A stretch of DNA of 64,000 nt from Balanoglossus misakiensis (taxonomy: Eukaryota; Animalia; Hemichordata), in contig CM082583.2 of NCBI GenBank assembly GCA_040954595.2, forward strand, positions 3,295,060 to 3,359,059, written 5' to 3'. The number at the start of each line of letters is the position of its first letter. The first letter of the stretch is position 1. Below the pieces are notes generated by a model. That model worked only from the letters and a program-made list of their open reading frames with translations, did no database searches and was not told the DNA's origin. The position numbers were made by a program, and so were the translations under genes. This document shows positions 26,401-41,700 of this stretch, one piece after another.

Positions 26401-27158
26401 GCTGAGGGAAGGAACTCAGAACATTTGTATTGCGATCAAAACTCAATAACTATAAACATACATTATGCGCTATGCAAAGACTAGACATTTATGAGCAGGA
26501 TAGATGACACACACATGAAACCCTGGCTTTGATGGTACATAACCAGAATTTCAAACAGTAAAACCTGGCTAAACTGGAGTCTCCACAGAGGAAATCTTAA
26601 TAAAAAGAACCTCTACAAACCAGATTCCTCTTGTAGTGTCCAGTTTAGCCATGTTTTTGATTCACTGTACTAGCACTAGCAGGGAATGTTTACTGCTTTA
26701 CTACATAAAGCCATGCAGTTAGAGTTTCATGTTATGCAAAAGGCTACCAAAGGGAGAAAAGGGCAAATTGGCAATTGTAGAAATTCATTCGAATGAAATG
26801 AAAATGGCAGGCATCAGTAAGGCTGCTATATGCAGCTGCTTACATTTCCTACAGAGGCATTGACGGCAGTACTTGGAGTAGTAGTACCGGTAGTAGTAGT
26901 AGCAGCAGTAGTAGTAGAAGTAGTGTCGGTAGTTGCAGCAGATGGTGTGTCAGCAGTGGTACATGTACATGATGGTGGTGATGTTACTGTAACTGTTGAT
27001 GACACACAGCTTGAATCACAAGGTATAATGCACACAGGCACCTGTTCGTCTGTACTGTCTTCTGTCTGTAACTTCTTACATTCGTCTTGCTCGTCTGGCT
27101 CATCAAGATGTACAACCTTCTTCTCTCCTTTCTCAAATGAGATTATTGTCATCTGCAT
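19404..27158 (-). CDS. ADIPOR: Adiponectin receptor (PAQR family, 7TM), ~418 aa
   Basis: Exons 27158-26844, 23951-23699, 23420-23234, 20759-20572, 20161-19968 and 19523-19404 are in phase. Motifs LPDWLKDNDFL, SIFRVHTETGNIWTH, STAFH, LDYSGISLLIVGSF, RVPERFFPGKCD, FQSHQIFH. Probable 5'UTR exon with donor at ~28063. Confidence 0.95.
20393..20443. repeat. (CAAT)n microsatellite
   Basis: Direct reading. Confidence 0.9.
25579..26112. mobile_element. Academ-like fully palindromic (foldback) element, TAG...CTA, 9-bp TSD GCTCCACTC
   Basis: Near-perfect 534-bp palindrome centred on CCGCCATGTT-TGCTCC-AACATGGCGG. TSD at 25570-25578 and 26113-26121. Confidence 0.9.
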
Positions 27159-28063
27159 ATTGGATTTTTTGGGGGGTTGCTCCTTGATGAAGTTGTTATT
27201 GTCTTTGGCTGCTGGTTGTTTGGCTTGATGTGTTATTGAGGTGTAACGTCTATGATGACCACATGATGTTGATGTGTCCCAAGATCTGTAATTTAGTGTA
27301 AAATATGTGATAATTACACAAATTGTAAACTTTCATACACTCTCCAAAACATATCTCCCTATTCAATGGATGATATTTTGGTAGGAAAAAGTTATAACAA
27401 CAATTAACGCGGTCACTCACAAATATCTACATGTAGCTATAATGGAGGTGGTTTGCATTGAACCATGTCATGTGCCTATGGTTGAACAAGAAACCGTAAA
27501 TGGACCCTTTACAGTTGTCTAAATTGATCCTTGTTATTTTGTTACCGCCATGGCCTAGCCATTTTTAGTACGGCCATATGTACTTGCATGGCCGTCTGCG
27601 GAGTCCATCATAAGATTCGCTCCCGGGATTCGCTCCGCACGGCGGTCGTCCTGTACTAGCTTTGCAAGGTCAGAGATGTTTTGATCAGCCCCCCCCCCCC
27701 CCCCCCAGCTTGACACAGTTTTCAAAATTTGATAACACAGTTGTCATTTTAACTTTAGCGGATCGTAATTACTAATCGAAGAGTTGTGTATGGAAGAGTT
27801 ACCCCCTTTATTTATTAATCAAATTAGGCTGCCATAAATGGTTTGTTTATGATATGCCGTCTTATAATATACACGCACCGGCAACTGCGTATGTACTACT
27901 GCGTATGTATGAATGCGCAGTTTTGTTATCATACATTGTCTGCGTACGCAGTCACCTACATTTGGCCGAAACTGCGACGTATAACTCATTTACACGTGGA
28001 TTCAGAAGCAGAAAAAATATAAAAATAAATAACAATATCGTTAGAAAAATTTCGTATACTCAC

Positions 28064-29082
28064 ATTTTATGGCAGCGAGTGGCAGAACCCAGAAGATGAC
28101 AATATGTTGGTCGCTTTCAGAAGACCACTAAATGCGTAGCGCCACCGAGATGAGGACGTGATCGGCAGACGAAATGCCAACCAATCCAACCACAGAGAAT
28201 GTGTTACGTAGAAGAATCGACCCTACCATTATTCTACGGGGCTATTGGTGTAAAAAAAAAAAAATAGAGGGATAGGGAAGAAGGCATTTCGCCTTCCAAG
28301 GTCCACTTTCCTCTCCAAAATTTAATAGTACTGAAACCGTAGTCGAGCTAAAGACCCGTGCGAACGGACTATGGGAAGAAGGAGATGTATGGAGTTTCGA
28401 ACGGTCAAAAGAAGCTGAAATACATGTGCAATAAAAAGTACACAAACACCGTATTCAACTACTTTTCTCGCCTATATTTATTTCCAAATATATCCTTTAA
28501 AAATTCAAATGCCAAGTTATTGTTTTCAGAGTTGGAATGACTATCTTTTCTTTATTCTGGATGAATGTGACAGTGCAGTGTACATGAACGATGCTTCTCG
28601 GATTGTCTCCGTGTCCCTCAACAAAACAGCTGCAGCACAGGTGCCAGCTTATAAATGCAATGACCCATGACGTCATGCTTCACTAATGTGGAGTGTAATA
28701 ATTTTTCTGCATCCGATTCCTCCCTCAGCAGATACTGGATGGGCAATGGTGATACGGATTCCTTGATATCATAACAGAGACAGATGATGGCGATGTACTG
28801 CGAGGGAAAACCAGCAACGACGGAACCGGTTCACTTCTGTCACATATTCCAAAAACTGCACCATGATGCTGATCCTGTTTCTCCAGTAGTGTATGCTTGA
28901 GCAATATGTGTATCCAGGAGATGAAAAGCTGGGAAATCGCATCTACTTGCTTCACAATGACATGATGAGAGTAACACTTGTATTCGTGTAGAGTAAAGAG
29001 TTCTCCGTGTTCAGTTGTAAATGGAGGCACTGAACAGCGATATTTATGCGTCGAAAATATCTAGATTTGCTCCTTTTCCAGG
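28064..29082. promoter_or_regulatory. Probable divergent promoter and 5'UTR region for ADIPOR (minus) and the R7BP-like gene (plus)
   Basis: CpG-richer than flanks. Minus-strand donor GTGAGT at ~28063, CCAAT at ~28181, TATAAA at ~28650 and a plus-strand CAG|GTAAAA candidate donor at 29082. Confidence 0.4.
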
Positions 29083-29787
29083 TAAAAGTAACTGTCATCG
29101 TATTATTTGTACGTATCGCCACACGATAAAAATGTTAGCAGCCTGTCATGGATACGACTTTGAAGAGAAAATACTATGAAAATCGACTTGTATCCGGTAA
29201 TGTAATTGTGATTCTACGTTCTCGAAGTATACCAAGCAATAGTTGGAGAAAGTTAAAGTAACTGTTAAAGTACGGCGAAGGTAAAGATTTGTGCATGGAT
29301 GTTTCTGAATGGAGTCCATCAGACGAGTGTATTTCCAGCAACGATCTGTTGCCAAGGACGACGCAATATTAGTCACGAATTTTCTTTTGTAACTGCCCCG
29401 AAAACTGATCAAATATGGGTAGTGAAATCATAGATCCAGTTTCAAGTGCAGCACAACCTTGCTTTGCCACTGTGGCAACTAGACGTATGATTACCTGGAC
29501 TGGACAAGAATTGACATTGTGGCAGTTACCATGGAAACCAGTGATAACTAGAGCTACAGGTGTTAATTGTGGAAAACTTTTTTCATTGGCAATTTAGCCT
29601 GATGATGATATTAGGCTCATCAATATAGTGGGGAAAAAACGCTGTTCTCCAGTGCAGACTGCTTTTTTGGCTGTCACTTTATAAAAGGATAAAAACATAT
29701 TACATTAGGATACACGAAAAGTGCTGCATATTTAAATGAACACTGATCTACAAATAAGAGATTGCTAATAAACTGTTCCAACTAGAA

Positions 29788-32700
29788 ATGAACCCAAGGA
29801 ATGGATCCAACAGTACACTGAATAGTTGTTGTCATGGAGACCAGGATGGAAAATTACAAATTCAGTCTGTCAATCCAAGTGAAGATGAAACAGAAGAAAT
29901 TGAACTTACTGGGAAAAGTGAATGTGCCAGGGTATGTATTGCAATAAAATACCATAGTAATAAAATGCAAATAGAATTTCAAATTTTTAAAACTATTTTT
30001 TATAATTAACATCAAATTTCTGATTTGTGATGAAATGGGCTGGGCATGGATCCAAGCGTGAATCATTTTGAAGAAAATTTTATTAGTCCAGCGAAAAAAT
30101 ACTGTACGACAGAATCGCAAAGTTTAGTGCTTCTGCTTTTTTCACATTTTGAAAGTTTATTTAGTTGGGTGTTTTTTTTAAATGTCACATTACATTTTCT
30201 TATTTCTGTCAATGATGGTGCCGGCTAGTCTCCCTTCAAACTAAATTCTTGAACTTTCTAATAATCAAGTGAATAATGCTGCAAAAACTGTATTTTGTGT
30301 TTACTGAGGACAGTCCTAAATAATAATAGGGAATAATTTGTGGCATAGAATTGTTTGCAGTAAAAACAACATTTCTTTCCACTTCAGTTCCTTTGCCAAG
30401 AAAGAGGAGTATTTCCCCCGTGGCTTTACTTATAAATTGTGTCATGATGGACAATCATGGCAAAAATGTCACACTTGTTTTATCATAGTCTACCTTGTGA
30501 TTTCTGGCTTCATGAAGCTGAAAATACAGTCTAGTGTCATGCATTGAACTTAAAATTGGACATGATAAAATCATGTTGAGAAATATGGGCAGGGTCTCCT
30601 TGAAGTCAATGCTAGATAAGAATGATGTCTCCTGTTTATTCAACTGCTGGATATTCAACTCGTCAAGTAGGCTGATATTACTGGCCCAGCCTTTACCAGG
30701 GTTTGATCATCAGAGGACAACATTCTATGATTGATTTCACTTCAAAGGAAATTGTTTTGTCATATTTATTTTCTACTGGTAATTTTTCACCGGATTTCTG
30801 TTAAATCCAGTTTAAAAATTCATTTTGTGATTGTAGTCAAAATGATTTGGTCACAAGTAGTGTGCAGCTAAGGCTCATCTAATACACAAGCCATGGTTTG
30901 CTATAATTGTCTGGGCACTTTGGTTTGTCAGACTCTGAAGTAGTCACACTTCACTATGTGTGTTTGATCAATTATCTCATTATGACAAATTAAATTTTTT
31001 GCAACTGCTTGGAAAGTATATGTAGTATTTTGGAAGGCAATCTTTCAATATATTTACCTATGACATCACTGATAAGAAAATAAGCTGAGCTTTGGATTGG
31101 CTGCTTTGATGAAAATTACTCTTAAAAAGATTATTGGTGGAAATAGCTATGTCCAAAATTGGCACATGCAGAATGGTTCAATCCACTTATGTAATTATGC
31201 ATTAGAAGAGTTTTATTATTGTATAAATGTTGCCATGGAGATAATATTCATCGTGGAATCAATGCAAGCTGTAAATGTAATGCCGTATAATTTCATCATT
31301 GGTATTGATGGAATAAAGGGTGACGCATTGACCATCCCCATTATCGTAATGTTTATTGATGGCCAACAGCGAGAGGAAATCCGAAAAATTAAAGCCCATG
31401 AGCTGCCTCTTTTTGCATTATTTTCATGGTTTTACTTACAAATAAGCCTGCTGATGGCTATACCAGATATATTCAACCTCTGATTGTGGCTTTATGATAA
31501 TGTTTAAATGTGAACAAGTTAAACAATAAATTGATGGTTTAACTTTATTCAGCCTATTGTTTCAAGAGCACATAAATATTGATGCGTTTTAAGGGAAAAA
31601 AACTTAATTTTATTTCTCAAGTGAATTCTCTTTCTAAAAGTTGATATCTCATGGACAAACGTCAATATTTAAATTTAATAAACTAGAAATTTGATGCGTT
31701 TTAAGAGAAAAAAACTTAATTTTATTTTTCAAGTGAATTCTCTTTCTAAAAGTTGATATCTCATGGACAAAAGCAAATATTTTTGTGTACTCTCACTCTT
31801 CATTGAAAGTGTTTGAACGATTAAAAAAGACAAAAATAAAATAAGACGAATTTGTGTAACTTTTATTTTTTGTACAGTATATGACAGTTGGAGGTGAATC
31901 GACTAATCTAATTTCATTAAAAATACACCAAATAATATGCTAATTTGAATAGCATGTCATCATTTGTTTAATCCTTTCACCCCCAGTTCCATGTGTAGTG
32001 GTCCAGTCTTACCATGATTGATTTTTTTTTTAAGACAGTGACTGCCTTTCAGATAGCTTGGCAGGGGGTGCAAGAAGTGTAGGATTCCTTGGCCTCACAA
32101 GATATACCTTAATACTGAAGATGACCTTATCACCACACAGGTAACCCTGAACTGGTAATAAGACTTGATTTGTTGTTGTGTTGGATTAACCTACAGGTTT
32201 AAAAAGTGAGGATTACCGTCGACATTTGTGGCTTAAAGAGAAATTAGCTGTAACTTTTACCTTATTTCCGGTATTTTTGTTTTGTGTATCAAGTGCAATT
32301 CTTGCCCTACACCAAACATCATGCTAATATACCCAGTATTCCGCTTGTCAACATATAGCCCCTGTATGTGTGTAACACGACCAATATTGTTGACAAATGA
32401 ATTTTGGTGCGGACTTGAATTTGAATTTTGCACAATATCAATGCTGACAATGCACATAAATGTTGTGTTGCTAAGCTGAATGCTTTTCATTTAATCATAT
32501 ATTTCATAAGTTTGATCAAGAACCTGCACTAGACAAACAAAATAAAAACACTGAAATCATAATGAAAAGTTACAGCCAATGGACATTTTTTTTTTCGACT
32601 GACTTAATTTCCTCTATATATTTTGTATCGCCCACGTTGGTCAAACTGTGTCTATTCACTGTGTTAATGTTAATAATAGTGATTGAAGAATATTATTTTA

Positions 32701-35700
32701 AAGAAAATGTTTTTTTTTTTTATAAAAGGTTACAAATATAAAGGTCTAAAGCTTCTTTAAACTGATGTGTTCTCACAATGAGAAACTGTTAATTTATTGC
32801 TGATATTTAACTCTAGAAGTGAAGGCATTTAGCAGATAACTATATCATTGATTCTAAAAGACTGTTATCAAATTTTTTATCAGTTTATAATTATATGAAT
32901 GCAATTAGATACATGTACAATGTACTTGGTAGTGTGAATGACAATACTCAATTTGCAAGCCTTTTCTGTGTCAGCACAGCATGTAGAGTATTGGATATAA
33001 AGGTGCAATCAATGAGAAAATAAATACCTTACTTGCTTTAATGGACCATAACACCATTGAAAGGAGGATGTTATCCTGTGTTCTGAAAACCAGTATCAAT
33101 ATCATTAAAGGGACAAAGTCCCTCTTTTTTGAGCATTTTTTTCACGAATTTTATTTGATATAAAAAGCTGTACCTGTTGTTTGACTACGTGAAACATACT
33201 GAAATACTGGTGAACTGTATCCAATCTCTACTATGTTTGTAGACAGACAGGATTGAACATTCAGTGAACAATTTATGGTCTGTACCATTTATTCACTATT
33301 GAGCTTGTTGTTGCATGAGTACCGGTACACAACTATTGTGGTATGCATACTGTGCATCATGGACGTATGCATGTTAGAATCTTTACAAATTCAAAATGGT
33401 ATTACCTTTTTGTTAAGGATATTACAGAGATATTTTATCATTAATAATATGTTGAAAGTGGCAGCTCATGAGGCTTTATTGCAACCATGACAAATCTGGT
33501 AGTGCTACGTACTGTGTACACATGAGTAAATTTAGTTTTTGACAATGTTTGATGAAACAAATCTGACAGAAAAAAAAAATCCAATTTCTATCAAATGTTT
33601 GCTCAATCACAGCAAAACCCAATTCATATTAAATGTCAATGAAAAAATAGATGAGAAAAACAGCTACTGCATGCATGGTTGATTATAGGCTTTGTGAAAA
33701 TGGACAGCCCTGACACATTACAAATAGCAACCTTTGTATCTATACAATTCATTTTTCCAGCTGTTGTGCTGTAAAGATATTTCATGATAGATTTCATAAT
33801 TTAGGTGTTTTTTTTCTCTCCCACTTGCCAATCACTGAGAGTGTGAGTGAAAAGCATTCACCTCAGCTTTAATGCAAGAACATTGTCCTTGAGAAATTAA
33901 TATTCTGTGCACATTCAGATTTGATAGACAGTTACACAGAGAAGAGATAGGTACAAATAATGGAGAGAAGATGGGGTGAAGCTACTTATGGGGCAGAATT
34001 ATGCAAAAATGAATATATTAAACTAAAGAATTGTATAGCAGTCTTTTAACCCCTTGTGGTGAGCATATTTTATGGATGGTGTTCTCTACAAATTGTTGGA
34101 CACATTATTCATGATATCGATAAGAGATATATTCTAGGAAAATATTCAGTCCTTTTCTCGCCATCATGTTTGGCAATTGTGTAGTCATGGTAACATTGCA
34201 ACTGAACTCCAGGTTACAAGTGTGGCTATCTCTATCTTACGAATGTTGTTGGATGTGTATGAAATATTAATGTTGACAATGTAGTGTTATTATGGGAATA
34301 TTCTTGTCCAGAATGAATATTTCATAGAAGCTGTACCTTTGTAAAGTCAGGCCACAGTTAAAGATATTAAAATACATAAGAAATTGTAAGCACACTGCTG
34401 TGTTTATTCCATATGATAACAATTGATGAAATCATTCAATTTATGAATCAAAGCTAATGAGAGAAATAATTTTTTATGATGTGGGGTTGGATGTATTTAT
34501 TGACACTGGCAATAACAATAACATCTTTCAACCAACCAACCAGCTGTCAAGGCAGGCAGTCAGTCAATGAATGAATCTCTCAATCAATCAATGAATTAAT
34601 CAATTAATCAATTACACATGTTGCTAAATCTTATGTCTGATCAAAGTCGTACATTTATGTAAATGTACATGTACTATCATATGTGTTAGCCTTAAGGGTT
34701 GTGACATTTCAGAAAATGCCTTCAAGTCGGTCTTTGCTTGAAGAAATTAGTATATCTTACCAGTGATATATTCTCAAATATAAGGTGTATTTTTATTAGA
34801 TCAGCATTTCAATAATTACACCATATCTTTAATTAGAGTTTATAAAGGTTCTTATAACATGTGGTTCTATGTGAAAGGTACTGGAAAGGTGTTCAGTATA
34901 GACATCTGTCTGGATTAGACAGGGTTCGGATTTTCCAGTATGCCGATTGCTGGGGATGACACTCCAGAAGACTGATCAGTGCACACAAATTATTGGTGAT
35001 ATCTCAAAAAACCATGCATCTGATTTTAATTTAAAAGTGTTTTTACATTATTTTTGTACTAATTAAAGGTATACGGTCACCGGTGGAAAATTAGCTATAG
35101 TTACCATAGCAAATTGAGATCTAGCCAATCACAGATTTTCAGTGGGTGGCACACGCGAAAAAAAGAGCGCCATCATATGTTCTTTAGAACGCTCAAAAAC
35201 GCCATTTCAGCCATATATGCGCGTATGTAAATTGGGGGTGACTGTATACCTTTAACTTCATTTCCGCAACTCTATTGAAGGCAGAATGCACCTCGAAAAT
35301 CAAAGACTTAAGCCTTTCCTCATATTTTGCTGAAGACAACTTATTTTCTCTTAAAATTGAGCATACAATTAGGGGTCACTGTATAAAATGGGAATAAAAT
35401 TATCTCAAATTTAAATTGCTGCCAATTTATCTTTGTATTAACTCTTCTATGGAGAAAATTTAAAGTAGTGATTTGTATGAAAGCATGATGGTGAACACCC
35501 ACGTTACTTTTAAGTTTTCAAAAGGACTTCTCACACACTTTCATATGACAAAGAATTGAACGGTTTGGAAGACTATCACTTTTCTGAAATTCTATCCCCT
35601 AATCTTGTACGATCTTAACATTTTTCGGCATTTGAATATTATGATTAGATCAGCATTTCAATAGTTACACCATATCTTTAATTAAAGTTTATAAAGGTTC

Positions 35701-38700
35701 TTTTAATATGTGGTTCTATGTGTAAGGTACTGTTATGCTCTAACAAGTTCAACTCAATACTGTCACAAACACATACTACCAATTTCATGTCATAAATTAA
35801 GTTCTTGTTTTCAAAATGCCTAGTTCATATAAATACACTGACTTGTATCTAAGCAATTGCAAAATGCGGTACAGACTGTATGAGTGTGAAAACCAAGGTA
35901 ATAAGACAAGGTAATAAGATAATAAAATAAAAAAGACATGCTGATTTTTTCTGATATTCTGTACAAGAAAAAAATACTTTCAATTATTCAAGGTGACAAC
36001 GTACTTAATAAAAAAAAGATAGAAATGCAGATCATGACGTACTGTAAAATAGGTAATTTTCGCGACAGGAAATTTTTGCGATATCAAAACAGGCAACAGT
36101 TACGCAAGGATTAATTTTCGTGTTCTCGTATTTCACTGCATTGTTATCTTTGAAAAACATTTTTACGCGACTTTTTATTTTTGCGTATTTCGCAAAAATT
36201 TATTGCTCGCGAGAAAACACCCGTTTTACAGTATTTAGGATTTTCACAACAGCAGAGCTGCAAATTTAAGCTTGTTCCGAAAATTAATTTATACAAAATA
36301 GGCTTAAAAATATGTATACATATATATCATCATGCAGGTTTGAAAACTTCCATGACTGTGGGTTCTGGCTATTGATTTAGAGGCAGTGAGAATTACCAAA
36401 AGGCTATAAAAAAATCGATATGAATTTCAACAAATGCACTTGCAACTCTCATTACATGTCATAGCATTGATTTGAAGAGGGAAAGCATGGAAGACTTTTG
36501 CAGTTGAGTGAAGAGCTCTTTGTAATTGTATCAACTGATTTTTCAAAGCAGTGCTCTGGTGAAATCATGCAGCCTGCAACTTCCAACTCCTCCACTTTCA
36601 TCCATGTCCCTCACCTGATCAGACATTAATGGCTGTAAGTAATCATTCCCATGATGCTGGGCATTCTCTGCCCAGAATTTCTGTACAGTTTCAGGGTTTT
36701 TGAGATGAGAATTTGAGATGAGAATTTCTGTGCAGTTTCAGGGTTTTTGAGATGAGAATTTGGAGTTGAGTAGAAAACATAGCATCAAGGACACTGGGGT
36801 CCCATTTGAGGATTACACAGAAATAGGTGTACACCAGAATAAAAATCGCACGTGACATGGGCAAGCAGATATGATCTTACCATATAGAAATATGGAAATG
36901 TAAAACAATTAACAAGGAACATGCCCAATAAACTGTCATGGCAATCTTACAAGCGGAAAAATTAATTTTTGACCAAAATTTGTCTGTACAAACACAAGCA
37001 ACTTCTTTCATTCAGCCCTGGGACAATGTTTTTTTTCATTTATAATTGCCAGAAAAGCATACAGTGTGTAATTTCACAATACAAATGGGGCTAGTTTATG
37101 ACTATTATAAATTATTTCTGGTTTTCAACCAATCACCTTCATTGTTCTCATCAGACAGTCACTGTCCTTTTATGGTACCGGGTACATTTGATATCAGCAA
37201 ACAATACTGAATTTTTTGCTGAATGATTCATTCACTGTTATTCATAAATGTGTTTGACCAATGTCTAATGATCATCAGCCATATATCAGTCAATATCAAC
37301 TGAGCACTGTGTGACAGACAATCATTGTTCTTGCTTACAGTACTAATTGTTATTAATTTACAGCTGGTGAATGAATTCAACTGTGCAACTGCATACTATC
37401 GAAATTTGGTCATAGCTCTTGGAGGCTCCAATGACTCAGAGTGCCTACGTGATGAAATCAAGAAAGTTCGGAGGAAAGCACATGATCTTGCCAAACATAA
37501 TAAATATAAATTGATGCCACATCTCAGGAAGTGAGTATGATTTAACGTCTCTTTCACTTTTTACTAAGATTTATTCATGCATTGTACTGTATACTGTAAA
37601 ACGGGTTATTCTTGCGACATAATTCATAATGTGTGACCAACAAAAAATCAGTGAAATAAGAATGTACAAATTCACAAAAGCATTCCCATTGAAAAAGTCT
37701 TAAATTAACAAATTACATATTACTCGTGTTCTATATCACATATGTAAAAAAGTCCAATGAAAATACATGTATTGAAAAAATTGATTTTAATTTCATATTG
37801 AAATTGACAGTTTCAGATATAAATATAATCTGATTACCATAACAACAAGAGAGTAACCAATAGCATCTGGTGATTGTTTATCAAGTGCTGTTGTGATTGA
37901 CAGTTTTCAAGATCTATCACCATGGCAAACACTCTTCTAACGTAATGCATGTGTGATATGCATATTGGGTTGAGAAGTTCAGCTGTAAGTCTTAACCACA
38001 TCAGGCATTGCTATAAATTTGACCATTCAGGCCTATCAAAGTAATAATGCAAGTGTGATTTAATACTCTGTCATTAACATGGTAGATTTGTGTCACTCTA
38101 ATTCATGTACTACCCTGCTGTGTTGCCCTTTTGACAGAAAACAGGCTGTCTGATGTTGAGAGAATATGTCAGAGACACTCATGCAGAAATCCTCCATTGT
38201 GTTCAATGTACAAGATTTAAAATTGCATACTTTTTATTCTTCATACTACCGGGTATACTAGTCAACATGTTTATGAAACAGTCTGAGACCAGCTGGTTAT
38301 AATATAGTAATTAGGATATTGCTTAATGATGTACATGCACTTATACGAGCGCATTGAATTTAATTGTCTCTTTCCATAGGATTACATTGAGAATTGCTAG
38401 AAACCCCACTTCTGCTATTGTCGTTTTCATGAAGTTTTACACATAGCTAAGCCAAATAAAATTAATTTCAGAACTCGAGTAATTTTGAGATAAACTTTGT
38501 TGAATGTGTTTACCCATAGAAAAAATATTTTGGTGAAATAATGCTGACTCAGCAGCTTTTTAGCTTCGCTTTCAGTGATCCAGCACGACCAGAGTTACCA
38601 TGTGTAAAACATACAATTAGTAAAATGTACAGTAGATTCAGTGGTTGAAGTGTACACAACTGCTCCAGGATAGGATACGAGAAGATTAATTACAACATGG

Positions 38701-41700
38701 AAATATTAATATAATGGGTAATTGGTTAAATAAGATTTTATTGCTTTCTTCTTTTGCAGTAATTTTTCAATGAAGGCTGACAGGACAGAATATGAAAGGT
38801 TGTGGAATGCCTTTACTGCCTGTTTTGAAGTTTTTGAAAACCAGATGAGGAAATCGCTGGAATTAGAAAGAACTTTCCCAATTCATGCAGGTAGGAGATT
38901 GGTGTTAATTTTGTTGTAGATGAGATTTTATCTGAATTGTTCTGCAGTAATACTAAAAAAGACATTTGTGTATATCAAATTATTGTTTTCAAACTTTATC
39001 ATGAAAAAATGATGCCATATGACAACGTTGATATAACACAGTGATGAATATACATGTATATGTATGCTCAAATACTGTACATTCGTATAGGAAATATTGA
39101 TTGACCAGCAGCAACAGGCAACAGTGTACATATGTTTCCTAGTTGTCGGTCACACTGCATTCAGTTATATTGATTGACCAAACAAACTACCTAGACTGGT
39201 CAGTCAATTCATAATGTGTACTTTCAGGCTTTTACATCTATTTTGAAATTAGTAATTTTAAAACTAGCAGTATCCTGAAGTATGCATATTGTAACGTTTC
39301 TCAGCACAAAAGTTCACTACATTGGCAAATTATTATCTTTCAAAATATATATGAAGCTGTCAATGTTTCCATGGAAATTATTTGAGCAAGGAATTATTCA
39401 AAGGTGATGCATTACTCCATGTGAATCAAGACAAACCTTTATACATGTATCGTACTCCAAAGTAATCATGATCTTTTTTGGAGTGGCTGTTGCTTGTATG
39501 TCAGGCAAGTGATTTTTCAACCAAGACATTAGTCTCATAATCTTCTCAGAGAATTCGCTTTTTAGATATACTGCAAATTTAACCTTTTCGTTGGTCTTAA
39601 TTAACAAATATAATTCCACAACTAAAAATGATGAAATGATTGATATGGGGGATTGTGAGAAATTCATTTATTTGAGCTGAGGCCTAATCAATTCAAAGAT
39701 ACATGCAATAGTAGGCTAGAAATGTTGTGTAAAGGACAAAAGTCAAAGCAATTTGTTTCCTGGGAGTGATATACCTTGAAATCCTGAGAATAAATGAAGC
39801 TATCCATTTCTATTGATACATGATACACCTGGTATTAAATGTCACAGCTGATTTTGAAAGAAGCCTTGTACATTTGTATTCTGAACATGTACTTTGATAT
39901 CCATTATTCAACATTCCCTACATAATAAATTTTACACAAATGAAAAGCTGTGGCACACAGTGTATAGGCCAACAAATGATTTAAGATTCAAAGATTAAAA
40001 AGTAAACAAACAATCAGGAAAACGTTTTTAAAATACCAATAAAATTATGAAACTACTGCGGCTCGGGCATCATCATTCAATATTATGGTCAGAGACAATT
40101 TTATGCCCAAGCATCATGAGTTATTAATTTTATTACATGGAACATTATATACATACAGCATTAGGGTAGCGTCCAGGGTTGTTGCATGCAGTGAAGTTCT
40201 CAATCTCCGGATAATTTTATCTCAGATAATTTTGATATTGCGCTGTTGGTTGCTGAAGTCTGATGTTTACTATCCATTTGCAGTAAAATATAGTCTAACA
40301 GAACAGGTTAATTCGGCTTGTTGCTCTTCGAAGCCATACCTGTGGGAGATTGTGAACATGTCAAGACGGCAATTTTACATGTGCAGGAAAGATGCACAGA
40401 ACCTAAAAACTGTCCCCAGGGGACCATTATCCCCTCACTGCGTGCCATATCTACTCCAAGTAGCCCTCAAAGTGTATAGCAATATGGTAACATACTTTAG
40501 CTCACACATTTTCAATTATTACACTTATTTATGCTCCAATGATTCAATTTTCAAACTGTGGCAATTTACGCAGCAGTGATGTATTGATAAAACAGCAAGT
40601 CATTTATTGGCTTTAGTGCCGGTGGTATTAAATCTTGAATATTGATGTTTTCAGGACCACATGTATTTATTAACACTGGAATAGTGGAACCGCTGCCTAT
40701 TGAGAATAGTCCTATGAGTGTAGAACATCTGGATGTGCCAAGTATTGACAAAAGAGTGTTGGAAAGAGAAGAACTGAAATTACTTGAAAGGTAAGTCAGT
40801 TTATTTATACTTAATACTGCAGTACAATGTTGTGATTAAAATAGTGATATACCATAGACAAACATCTGTGGTAGAATTTCTGATGATAGATTTGATCAGT
40901 TGTCATGCAGTGTTACCATAGAAATAGTGCTCTCCTACAATAAAAATACGTATATGACACCTCGAATCACGTTGAATGATCGTGATAGATTGGTATCAGA
41001 TTGGTAACAGAGCAAAATGTTTGTACCTTTTTTCCTAAATCCTAAATATCAAAAGATATCAAAAGATATCTGTGATGTGCTGATGAAAAGACGACAAATG
41101 ATTGAACTCACTTATTCTCTGGATTGATATTTGCTTATCAGCATTCACAGAATCATTCATCGTACCTTCAGAAAATACATCAAACTTTGGTAGAGACAGC
41201 TTGCTAATACGGTAATATAGAGAGACTAATAAAATAGTGACATTCATTTTTATCACTCTGTGATTATCAGTTGAAAGGTTTTGTAACTGTATTTATCTTG
41301 AAAATAGTGAGAAAGATTAGAAAATAACTGGATGAAAAAGTTTAAGTCTTTTCCAAGAGAATGAACAGAATAATCAGGTGTGATGTGACATTAATATGTC
41401 AATTCCAGCCAAACTGTCTTTGTCATATGCAACACTGGAAACAATTTGTTGCCACGCACAGTAAATTGAATAGTACGTTTAGTGAACTATATTTCCAATA
41501 GCGCTTCCTCTCTTGTTATTGTAGGTAGTTGTTGCTATGGAGAATTTGAAAATTGGTACAGATGCAAAGTTTTGCTGATTTTCTTTCGATACGAAAAGAA
41601 CGTAAGACCATTTGCATATTGGTCAGATTAGTTGTAAGTGTTGTTGGCCATTAATGTCATAATGTCAGGAGTATGTAGCTTGAATGTAAGACATTTCAGC

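Noticed and set aside
26830-27228. Plus-strand Val-rich ORF
   Set aside because: Antisense shadow of the Thr-rich ADIPOR exon.
40085-40579. 164-aa intronic ORF (also 31097-31483)
   Set aside because: No recognisable motifs or splice support; expected by chance in long introns.
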